NCBI RefSeq assembly: GCF_006345805.1
Contig: NC_043016.1
Span: forward strand, 14,942,001-15,006,000
DNA: 64,000 bases
Direction of reading: 5' to 3'
DNA from: Octopus sinensis
Lineage: Eukaryota
The notes under the pieces were generated by a model. It was not told the origin of the DNA, did no database searches, and saw only the letters and a list, made by a program, of their open reading frames with translations. Below, piece after piece: positions 52,750-64,000 of the stretch; positions within the stretch are counted from its first letter, which is position 1, and every line of letters begins with the position of its first letter. Made by a program: the position numbers and the translations under genes.

Positions 52750-54240
52750 AGGAAAGGGCAGAGCCCTGGGCCCTTGCAGGCTCTCTGCGACTGGTGGAAT
52801 CAATGCTGTTAACGTTCAGGCCAAGAAAGATCTGAGAAGAGGAGGAGGAAAGTCCAGGGGTTTGAATTTGTGGGAACGAAGGATTGGATAGAGTGGTTAG
52901 ACGCATCAAGGGTAACGAGAGGTGGAGACAAGTGGGACGGGGGTTGGCTGAGTGGTGGAGGTTCGAGACCAATCTGCTCCAAGGATCAGTGATTATTATA
53001 GTAATGTCAAAGTACATAAAGGATTCGGCACATCATACCTGTGGGCTAGGGGTTGGAGTGTGTCCGTTATGGAATTCCAATCAGTCAGGTGGTCCTTTTG
53101 GGTGCTAATCACGATGTCTGTGTGAGTGGGTGGGGGTTGCGGCATCGTCCCAGATGTGGATGCAATAATCTATTGTAGATCTCACATGAACCTTGTAGAA
53201 TGTCAGCAGATGTTTGGGAACCGAAATATTTTCTGGTCCTGAAGATAAGGGCTAGTTTTTTTTAATTTTTTTAATGTAGTCCTAGATATGCTAAGAATGA
53301 GTTTTTACCAAAACTGACCCTCACTAATAGTGAGGCCCACATTTGGATCGACTGTTTGGGCTCTTGCTGAGAGCTGCTCATGTTCAGTTTTTTTTCTTTT
53401 CTGTTAAATGAGACAAACTTGGCATAGTCCCATTGGAGATTGAAGATCTCTTTATGGAATCAATGCTAGTTTGGCATGTTGCATATAGGTTGCATGTATA
53501 TGATGCATGATTAAGGAAGTTTAAAGATGAACGACAGGTTGGTCATCGGCATAAGAGTGGGCCTTTTAGGATGTGGCAGTAAGAGATTGGTGCATAGAAA
53601 GGAAAAAGGTGGGGGAAAGGAACCAACACCAGAGTTACCTGGGAGTAAAGCAGTAAAAGCTTTGTTAAGACATATTGTAATGGTGTGATTTGGAAACTGC
53701 TGATTCAAGAGATAAGGAGTCCATTGGGAGTTTTTAATGGAAGATTTGCTTGCCAGATACGGTTGAAGGCTTTGCTGATATCTAGGGTAATATTATTTTT
53801 ACTGAACTTCTCTCTAGCAAAAGCCCATTGTTGGGCAACATAAGAGAATTGGTCTCCTGTAGATCTGGTTTTGCATAAGCCATATTAATTGTCAATGGAG
53901 AGAGAAATTCAAGGTGTTGAAGAATGTCTTGTAATGGCTGTCTTCATTTCCTTAGAGATGTTTGAGGTGAGAGTAACAGGGCAATAGTTGGATGGGTCAG
54001 AAGGGTTACCACTCTTTGGAATACTGAATCACATTTCTGAATGTCATTGTATATCTTTGAATAAAGTGAGAGATGAGAGTTTGGTGAGTATAAGAGCAAG
54101 TTATGGGACATTGCAATGTTTGAGTGTAATGAAAGAAACATTATAAGGACCAGTGGATTTGTTTGAAGCAGTTGGAAGTTTTTCTTCATGTGGCTTGTGT
54201 ATATAAGCGGGGTTGAGTGCCTATTGGAATAAAAGGGGGT
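52750..54240 (-). mobile_element. CR1/jockey-group LINE RT, decayed
   Basis: Minus strand reads IPKSGNPSDPSNYCPVTLTSNISK...TLDISKAFNRIWQ...HSYADD. Confidence 0.85.
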
Positions 54241-55141
54241 AGATTGGCTAAAGTGTGTAGAGGTTACATTCTTGAGTCATAAGGGGCTGGTTTCCATGAC
54301 ATATAAGTTCCCCACCTGGATAAGACTCTGGTCCCTCTCAGGATTACTAATTTTTGCCGGCTAAGTGGACTGGAACAAAGTGAAATTCAGTACCTTGCTC
54401 AAGAACACAACACGTTGCCTGGTCAAAGAATTGAAACCATGATCTTACAATCATGAGTCTCAACACCCTAACCACTAAGCCATGCACCTCCTGAGTAGAG
54501 TGTATGCAAAATGGGCAGAGCAGGTAGAAGCATTCTCTATGAAGGTACAACTTACAGAGCCATTGTTGTTTAGACAAGGAGGAAAGGAGGATTCTAAGGT
54601 TGGTGGAGATCCTTTTGGCAAGGGACCAGAAGGATTAGTTCCAAGTTCAATTGCACTGCATGGCACCTTGAATAAGTGTCTCCTACTATAGCCCTGAACC
54701 AACCAAAGCCTTGTGAGTGGATCTGGTAGACAGAAACTGAAAGAAACTCAGCATATATGTGCGTGTGTGTGTATGTACTAAGAGCACCATCCGAGTGTGA
54801 TCATTGCCAGAGCAGCTAACTGGCTTCCATGCTGGTGGCACATAAAAGGCACCATTCGAGCGTGATCGTTACCAGTGTCGCCTTACTGGCATGTGTAAAA
54901 TCATTCGAGTGAGGTCGTTGCCAGTACCGCCTGACTGGCCCCCATGCTGGTGGCACGTAAAAGCACCCACTACACTCTCAGAGTGGTTGGCATTAGGAAG
55001 GGCATCCAGCTGTAGAAACTCTGCCAGATCAAGATTGGAGCCTGGTGCAGCCATCTAGTTCGCCAGCCCTCAGTCAAACCGTCCAACCCATGCTAGCATG
55101 GAAAGCGGATGTTAAACGATGATGATGATGATATATATATA

Positions 55142-56399
55142 TAACAGGTTGAGTAAAAAGTAAGCAACGTCTTGAACCATGAAGAATTTGTACTGGATTT
55201 TTGCAGAAAGTGGAATTTTTGTTAAGCATTTTTTTTGCAATTGTCTGATAATACAGACATAGGTTTGTTCAAATACCTCAATAAATTAACATTGATATTT
55301 CTTTCACTATTGTTATAATCATCTGAAACGGAACTGTCAAAGTACAATATTTGAGCAATTTTGCTGTTCAACTTCAAAAAAGGACGTAAAGCAGCTGAAA
55401 CTGCTTGCGATATCAATGAAACTTTTGGTAAGGAAATGACCAGTGAGTGGTCAGTTCAAAAATGGTTTACATGATTTCGCATTGGAGGCCTGAGCTTTGA
55501 ATATCATGAGTGTAGTGGATGCCCATCTGTCATCAATGACAGTCAATTAAATACCGTCATTAAAAAAGATCCATGTAAAACCACTCAAAACCTGACAAAA
55601 GAACTTCAAGTTAGCCAGAAAAATGCATGCAACCATTTGCATGCAATCAGAAAATCAAAAAAAGCTCAAGCAATGAGTACCACATGATTTGAATGAAAAT
55701 CAGAAAAGGCAAAGATATGAAATTTACTCATTGTTTCTATTCTGTAACCAGAACAATCCATTTCTTGATCATATTGTAACTTGTGATGAAAAGTGGATTC
55801 TGTACAACGATAAAAAAACGTTCTTCACAGTGGTTGGAGCAAAATGAAGAAAACCTTCCCTAAGCCCGAGCTCTTTAAAAAGAAGGTTATGGTGACTGTT
55901 TGGTGGTGTACTGCTGAACTCACCTGCTGGAAAAACCATTACTGCAGAAACATATGAAATTGCCAAATTGAATGAAAAACTGCTACTCCTCCGTCCCAGA
56001 CTGGTCAACAGAAGAGGGCCAATCATTCTTCATGACAATGCTTGACCACATGTTTCACTAATGGAAGTTGAGGGAACTTGGCTACAAAGTTCTTCCCCAC
56101 CTAGCTTATTCCCCAGACCTTTCTCCCACCAACTACCACTTTTTTTAAGCACCTTGGTGATTTCCTGTGAGAGAAGGAGTTCAAAAATCAACCCAATGTT
56201 GAAAGTGTATTCAAAGAGTCCATCAGCTCCAGAACTCCAGATTTTAATGTAACCGGAATAAACAAACTTGTAACTCGTTGGCAAGAATATGCTGGTTGTG
56301 ATGGTACTGACTTTGATGAATAAAATTAGTACATTGTTGAAATATATTGTTATGAATTTTATGTTTCAAAACGTTGCTTACTTTTTACCCAGCTTGATA
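55142..56399 (+). mobile_element. Near full-length (~1.26 kb) mariner with a pseudogenised transposase
   Basis: TIRs TAACAGGTTGAGTAAAAAGTAAGCAACGT and ACGTTGCTTACTTTTTACCCAGCTTGATA. Motifs FKKGRKAAETA, VPHDL, IVTCDEKWILYND, HDNA and YSPDL are present, with stops and frameshifts. Confidence 0.92.
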
Positions 56400-56499
56400 T
56401 AATATGTGTGTGTATCTTCATATGACTAAATGCTTCAGTGTGGTTCTCTAGTATGGTTAGAGTCTATGCAACTTCAGTATTAGTCTCAAGAAGCGCTTC

Positions 56500-57800
56500 A
56501 TGTGCATGTATTGTGCCAAAAAGCACAGAAGAACTTTAACAGCAGGTGAAAATCATCCTGTAGTGACATTGGAATTGCTCTGTCCAGATTTCTATGTGTT
56601 TGTTAAATTTTTGTGCTAATCAAAGGTAGCATTTGTTGCTGTTAGTATGAGCCGGAGCAGGTTCTATAACAGACCATATGATGTTGTAGTTGGTGATGTC
56701 TTTGTGTTTTAAAACTACAAATGTATTTGAAAAGAATTGTTGCAGATTTTTCTATTCAAGTCTAAAATTGTACAAATGCTAAATATGCCTTAATTTAAAT
56801 ATGTTCTCAGTAAGTTTTCACTGTTAGCACTTTTAACACAGTAAATGCTAATTTTTTTAGGTCATTTTCCATTTTGAGGGCATGTACTTTCGTAGAGGTA
56901 GTTGCATTGAGATGGCGAGATAGCTTTTTCTTTTTAATTCTGATTAGGCAAGATATGAAATAGTCTGTACAGCTATAATTTACTTTGAGGTTGTATCTGT
57001 TAAACATTTTGTGGAATTTATGGTCAATAGAGAAGCGTTTGTTTATTACATTTATGAAGGCTCTGGCAATATTTGGTCCTAATGTTTAAACTGAAAAGGG
57101 GGTGTATTATACCATAATTCTTTTTCTTTTTCTCCTAACATTTAATTGTCCTTGTTGGGGGATGTATTTTATCCTGTTGCTAAAGTCACTTCTCATGATT
57201 TCATTGTCAGATATAGCAACACAATCAAAAATTTCCATATTGAATAACATTTTTGATACTTTTTTACTAATGTTACAAGTCCTTGAAGATGTTGGGTGGG
57301 TGAAAAGCAGTTTTATAATGTAATGTATGATCTTGTTACATTTTCTATAGGGGCTGTAAGTTTCTAGTACTAGGACCATAGTGACATCTAAAACGTTTCC
57401 TATGTTAGTGTTTGTACTAAGAGTAATTTTGAGGACAAAACTCTTTCTAATCATTCTAATTGGTACCCATTTCTATTGAATGTTATTGTAAGATCATCAC
57501 CTCAAGACAATCCTAATTCTATAAAGTTAGATCTAGATATTACATTGTCTGAAATAAATAGACCTATAAGGTTGCCGATTTCTGCTCAATCATAGCATCC
57601 CATTAGAACATTGAAAAATTCTGGTCCATTATGCTTTACTTGGGAAACTTTGTCAAAAGATAGGAATGACTTTCTGGTATGCATAATGAAATCTATGTCC
57701 AGGCCTGAAATTGCGACTTACCTGCAGGCAAAATTTAAGTCTTTTATTAATAAGTTCTCAGTGATAGAAAGGTAAAAATCATATCAAACCAAGCTGTCAC
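56500..57800 (-). mobile_element. Penelope-like element (thumb, linker, GIY-YIG region), decayed
   Basis: ORF 57107..57454(-) reads LKITLSTNTNIGNVLDVTMVLVLETYSPYRK...HPTSSRTCNISK...RKRKRI. ORF 56807..57007(-) reads FNRYNLKVNYSC. Confidence 0.8.
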
Positions 57801-59959
57801 TGAGGAACATATATATATATATATCTGTGTGTGTGATAAATATTCCTGACAGACTGTGATTGTGGAACAGCTTTGCTTGTTGCATAAAGCAGTGACCATA
57901 CTGGCAGTAGTTACAACACTACAACTCTCTCCTCCTCTCCTCCTCTGAAATCAGTAGGGTTGGTCAGTTGTCAATCAATCCCACTTTTATTATTCAAAAT
58001 GTCAAACATCCATCACATTTCATTTGTGTAATATCAATGAAATATTAATTGCACAAATTTTAATAACAACATTATCGTTAATGGATCTGTGCAGCTCTTT
58101 ACATTCTGAGTTCAGATTCCACCAAGGTGGACTTTGCCTTTCATCCTTTCAGGGTCATTAAAAATTAAGTACCTGTTGAGTACTAAGGTCAATGTAATTG
58201 ATTAACACCTTGTGCCAAAATGAAATTTGCATTAATGGATACGTGTATCTACTTCTATGCAACCCTGACCACCATTTCTGTCACTATACATTCTCTCTCT
58301 CTCTCTCTTTCCCTCTCTCCACCACACACTTCTTTTACCTGTCTACCTTTACCTATAATCTTCTTATTTCTCATCTACCAGCAGTGTTGCTATACTGCTA
58401 CTCTCTACTCTTTATCTACGGTCATTTATCACAGCCTTTCCTGAGCCAATTCTAATTCTTATCAGCTTCCCACCTGCAACTCACCTCCACCCTTGCCCAC
58501 CATTCACTATGTTCACCTCTTTCTCTATCTATTTCTCATTCTCTCCTCACACTCTTCCTAATCTTACCTGTTCTCTCTTATACTTACACTTCTGCCTTCA
58601 GTACACCCTCACACGTCACTACTATCATCTTTACTTCTCTCTCCACCTGCTCCCACCTGTCCTTAATAATACAAGAGAGTCATATATCTCTCCAAGAGCA
58701 ACACACATCTACCATACTCTATCTTCTCAACACCTCCCATAAATCCATCTCTCTCTCTCTCTTCTACAACCCCACTCTGTTGAAGGGGCTTTTTTTTTTA
58801 TCGTGTGAGTTAACATGATAATATCATTTGTACCTGTGTCTCAAAAAGAAGCACTCAGTTACACCCTGTAAAGTGGTTGGCATTAGGAAGGGAAACAGTC
58901 TTCCATATTGGATCCCATTAAACTGTTCTACTCTTGCCAACAATGGAAAACTTAAGTGATGATATGTATGTTTTGGTTATTTTGACTAACACTTATCTCT
59001 CGACATTTTTAGCCTTGGGCCTTAATCAGAACCTAATGAGGATAGCAAGATGGTGAACTGGCAAAATCATTAGCACATCAGGCAAAATGCTTAGCAGCAT
59101 TTCATCCATTTTTATGTTCTTAGTTCAAATTTTGCTGAGATCAACTTTGCCTTTCATCCTTTTGGTGTCAGTAAAATAAGAACGAGTTGAATATTGAAGT
59201 TGATGAAATTGATTATCTCCCTCCCCCAAATTCCAGGCCTTCTGCCTATAGTAGAAAAGATTATTATTATTGTTATTCAACATTTGGTAGTTTTAGGCAA
59301 GTTTCAGGCCACCACACCTTCATGTTGCTGGGGTGTGTGCAGCATTGTGTGTTCTTTTTTTGTTGTTGTTGGGAATGTGAAAACTCTTCCTGGTATTTTA
59401 TTGTGTCGGTTTCTCTTCTTCATGGAGTGTGGTGCATTCTTTGTTGTATTAGTGTTTGTATTGTGAATTGTGTGTGGATATCTAGCCTGTTGGTTTATTT
59501 CAATGGATATTTGCTCTCCAATGTGTGTCTTGTGTTTGTGGGTTGATTGATTTTACTCTTTACTCTTACTCTTACTTGTTTCAGTCATTTGACTGCGGCC
59601 ATGCTGGAGCACCGCCTTTAGTCGGGCAAATCGACCCCGGGACTTATTCTTTGTAAGCCCAGTACTTATTCTATTGGTCTCTTTTGCCGAACCGCTAAGT
59701 GACGGGGACGTAAACACACCAGCATCGGTTGTCAAGCAATGCTAGGGGGACAACCACAGACACACAAACACACACACATATATATATATATACACACGAC
59801 GGGCTTCTTTCAGTTTCCGTCTACCAAATCCACTCACAAGGCATTGGTCAGCCCGGGGCTATAGCAGAAGACACTTGCCCAAGATGCCACGCAGTGGGAC
59901 TGAACCCGGAACCATGTGGTTGGTTAGCAAGCTACTTACCACACAGCCACTCCTGCAAT

Positions 59960-61370
59960 TGATGGTGTCAGGATGTGGGCTGTTCCTAACAGCTATTTTT
60001 TTGGATAGTGTGTAGTGTTGAGGATGTTTTATTATCATGTCCACTGCTCCAGTTATTACTGGTATTGTTTTCACCTTTCTGTCCCACATCTTGAATACTT
60101 CAATTTCAAGGTGTTTGTACTTTGACATTTTCTCCACTTCTTTTTGGACAACATTTTGGTCAGAAGAAATTGCAATGTCTGTCAGTAATCATGTGGATTT
60201 TTGTCTGGGCAATTAGTTTTTATTTCTTTCTTTGAACAGGCATTGTGGCCCGGTCATTGCCATTTACTTCGTTTGGTACATGTTTTTACCTTTTCTTGTT
60301 AGTTTTTATGTTGTAATGTTGGTATGTTGTCCAGTGAATAAAATTACTTACTCAGTTGCGTCTGTATATATATATTCAAATTTGACATGGACTGAATTGC
60401 CAGGGACGATGTGCTCAACAGTCTCATTGTGCAGGTTGCACATTTTGCATTTGATATGAGGGCCTGTTTTCATTATTTTTCTTTTATAGTTGTTTGTAGT
60501 CAGACATTGGTCTTGTGCAGTGAGAATCAGTTCTTTTAGTCCAGAGCTTTTGAACCATTGTTGGCTTTTACCTAAGCTCACTTCCTCTCTGCCAGGCCTT
60601 GCAGGATATTGGCCATGGAGTGACTTTTCTCTCCATTTCTTTTGTATGTTTTGTAGTTCCGTTTTCATGTTATTTAATTTCTGTTCTGTTGTCATCTGAA
60701 GTCAATGTATCAATGCAGTTTGCTTCTATTTTCTATTTTCTTGTCTCCTTTTGTGTGTAGAGAGAAAAGTGTTTTCCTTTTCTTGTGTTGATTTATTACA
60801 TCTGATAGTCTTCCACTGTTTGTCTCTAAGTACTTTTCTTGTCCAACTGTTGTTATTTTATAATAGTTCTCTATCTGTATCAGGCCATGGCCTTCTTTTG
60901 AGCTGGGTAGATATATTCTTTCTGTGTCTGCTTTGGGGTGGTGACTTCAGTCTGCTTTTAATTGCTTTCTGGCTTTTCTATCTAAGTTTCTCAATTCACT
61001 GATATTATTATTATTATTTTGGTTTGACTCAGGTTCGGTCTCATTCCTGGTAGGATTTATATGGGTAGCAGGTTACTACCTATAATCTTAGGTATCCACA
61101 AGTTTTCAGCTGTCTTTCAGGTGCTTAGAACCCTCCTGTTAATCCTTGCTGTCCCTAAGAGACAAACTTTCTGTAGGAGCTCCAACAGACATTCTATTTC
61201 AATCTATTTGTCTACATCTTTGCTTACTGTTCCAAATGCACAGATTATTACAGGCAAAACCCTTACTATTCTCATGCTCCAAATTCTTCCTATTTCAAAT
61301 TTTAAGGGATTGTATTATTTTTGTTTTTCGCCGTCTTTTTTTACAATCCTCAAATCAAATGGGCATTAAT
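59960..61370 (-). mobile_element. R4/Dong-type RLE non-LTR retrotransposon 3' fragments
   Basis: KWREKSLHGQY...LILTAQDQCLTTNNY...KCKMCNLHNETVEHI (zinc knuckle) and EKMSKYKHLEIEVFKMWDRKVKTIPVITGA. A second 3' end lies at ~61030-61370. Confidence 0.75.
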
Positions 61371-63351
61371 ATTATTATTATTATTACTATTATTATTATT
61401 ATTATTACTCAACATTTGGTAGTTTGAGGCAAATATCTACTCTATCATCTGCTACACACCTGTGTCGCTGGGGTGTGCACAGCACTGTTTTTTTGTTTTT
61501 TTTTTGAAAGAGTGCAAACTCTCCCAATATTGTATTGCATCTGTTACATGTTACAGGTGTGGTGTAGTCTTTTGTTGTGTGTGTGATGCGTTAGGTATCT
61601 GACCTGCTGGTGGTAATTTATTTCCCTGGGTAAATGCTGTATAGGGTGTGTCTTGTGTTTGTGGATTGTTTTGTTTCGGTTATATTATTGAATTGATATT
61701 ATTATTATTATTATTATTATTATTAGCAGTAGCAGCTGTGGGTTTCTAAAATCGTTGGAGCATCAAACAAATTGCCTTGCATTTGTTCAGGCTTTTTAGA
61801 TTCTAAGTTCTTGGCCATCTGATTTTCAACGTAACCTTTTTTTGCCAAGTACCTCTATTCTAGTCAGGTAATGAGGTTGGTATAATTAAATAACCCCTTC
61901 CCATCCTCAATTTGTTGGCTTTGCACCTGAATTAGAAACAATTATTATAAGTTGACTGTCTCCCATGCTGGTGGCACGTAAAAAGCACCATCTGAATGTG
62001 GTTGATGCCAGTGCCCCCTGACTGGCTCCTGTGCTGATGGCACGTAAAAAGCACTATCTGAGTGTGATTGATGCCAGGGCTGCCTGATTAGCTCCTGTGT
62101 CAGTGACACATAAAAGGGACCCACTACACTCTTGGAGTGGTTGGTGTTAGGGAGGGCATCCAGCTGTAGAAACCTTGCCAGATCAGATTGGAGTTGGTAC
62201 AGCCTCCTGGCTTCCCAGACTTCAGTGAAACCGTCCAACCCATGCCAGCATGGAAAAACGGGCTTTAAACGATGATGATGATATTTCATATGCTGTTAAA
62301 AATATGATACTAGATGAACCAAGATAGACAAATCAACCGTCATAATATTTCAATGAATACATTAAAGCATTGTATTCTAATTAGTACCCAACTAATTACA
62401 TGATTCTTGAACTCAAATCAAATATCTCCTGTTCTGACTTTATTTTTATTTTTTCAATGTTTTTACTTGTTTCAGTCATTAGACTGTGGCCATGCTGGGG
62501 CACTTCCTTGAAGAATTTTTAATCAAACAAACTGAATCCAAGAATTTTTTTCTTTTAAGCCTGAAACTTATTTTATCAGGGAATGTAAATGCACCAACAC
62601 CGTTTGTCAAGTGGTGGTGGACACACGCACACACATACATTTATATACAATAGGCTTTGAGTTTCTGCCTACCAAATCCACTCAAATGGTGTTAATCTGA
62701 CCAAAACTATAGAAGGTACTTGCCCAAGCTGCCGTGCAGTAGGACTGAACCTGAAACATCATTATTGTTAATAGAAGGGATCTAAATTAAGAGTGATGTG
62801 ATCAATACTTTGTTCTAAAGAAAAACCACAACAACCTGTGTGATTGGAATTTTGGATATTAAGAAAGAATCTTTTAATGCATGTATCTCACAAAATGTTT
62901 TCAAATAATAGAATAGAAAATTATGTACCCATGTATATATACTGGCATGGATGACATGCAAAAGGCACCTGTGCTGGTGATACATAAAAGGCACCCATTA
63001 CACTCTTGGAGTGGTTGACGTTAGGAGGGACATCCAGCTGTAGAAAACCTGCCAAACCAGACTGGAACCTGGTGCAGCTCTCCAGCTTACCAGTTCCAGT
63101 CAAACTGTCCAACCCATGCCAGCATGGAAAATGGACACTAAATAATGATGATGATGATGATGATATCTGAATAGAAAAGAAAATTATGTATGTCTTATTA
63201 TGTATGTCTAATAATGTATGTCTTATGTATGTCTAATAATGATAATAATGAATTGAATTATGTTAGTGAAATAGCATTTTACTTATTAGCAACATTGACA
63301 GCTTCTTTCTCTGATTTTGGTTCTTATTTCCTGCTTTTTAATGTTTTACAG

Positions 63352-63486
63352 ATTATGGACGAGTTGTGTTTGCCTTTGCTGCGTTTTACTTCATGCAAAC
63401 AAACTATCAGCTAGCAGCTTTCCTTTATCTCCTCAGTGGATTTTTGGATTCATTCGATGGACATGCTGCTCGAGTTTTGAATCAAG
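63352..63486 (+). CDS. CDIPT: CDIPT exon 2 (start of the CDP-alcohol phosphotransferase motif)
   Basis: TTTTACAG acceptor, GTAAAG donor, phase 1-1. Encodes (D)YGRVVFAFAAFYFMQTNYQLAAFLYLLSGFLDSFDGHAARVLNQ(G), which contains DxxDGxAAR. The gene continues beyond the window. Confidence 0.96.
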
Positions 63487-63757
63487 GTAAAGAAATATAT
63501 ATTATCTCCTTTTTTAAGCTGTTTATTTTAGTACATAATTTGAATGTTAAATAGAAATCATTGTTGCATTAATAAAGATTTTCAATTTATTTTTATATCA
63601 TGCATTTTCCGAAAATAGCATCATTAGTTATAGGTTTCCAATGCTTCCGGTCATGAGTTCATTACATTTCCAATGCTGAAAGTCATTAGGAGTGTCCATA
63701 CAAGTTGGATGGAATAGATACTACAAGGTATCTTAAGGTGGCAACTAGTTCTTTATA

Positions 63758-63821
<64 letters not shown>

Positions 63822-64000
63822 AGTGGCTGTGTGGTAAGTAGCTTGCTTACCAACCACATGGTTCTGGGTTCAGTCCCACTGCATGGCACCTTGGGCAAGT
63901 GTCTTCTACTATAGCCTCGGGCCGACCAAAACCTTGTGAGTGGATTTGGTAGACAGAAACTGAAAAAAGTCTGTCGTATATGTGTGTGTGTGTTTGTTTG

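Overview
AT-rich, repeat-dense animal genomic DNA. It is most likely an octopus or other coleoid cephalopod, inferred from the tRNA-derived SINE families, RTE tails and microsatellites; not database-checked. The ORF track is mostly microsatellite and transposon noise, so genes were rebuilt by hand from splice sites. Four spliced genes were found. (1) The last three exons of DDOST/OST48 (+, 1-766). (2) A C3orf14/CEP15-like ciliary/centrosomal gene (+, exons 16569-19713; 5' coding end unresolved; RFX X-boxes near 10.1 and 10.9 kb). (3) A complete four-exon POLD4/p12 gene (-, 34821-25507, 112 aa). (4) Exons 1-2 of CDIPT/phosphatidylinositol synthase (+, 50333-63486, ~13-kb intron). The rest is decayed mobile DNA: several SINE families; RTE, CR1/jockey, CRE, R4/Dong and Penelope retroelements; mariner, Tc1 and DD37D transposases; hAT and piggyBac MITEs. 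The most unusual structure is a 441-bp element (39278-39718) with a 15-bp TSD. It has ~145-bp inverted arms, each carrying a minimal hammerhead ribozyme motif, around a tRNA-like Pol III head. No CRISPR, rRNA or intact tRNA gene was seen.
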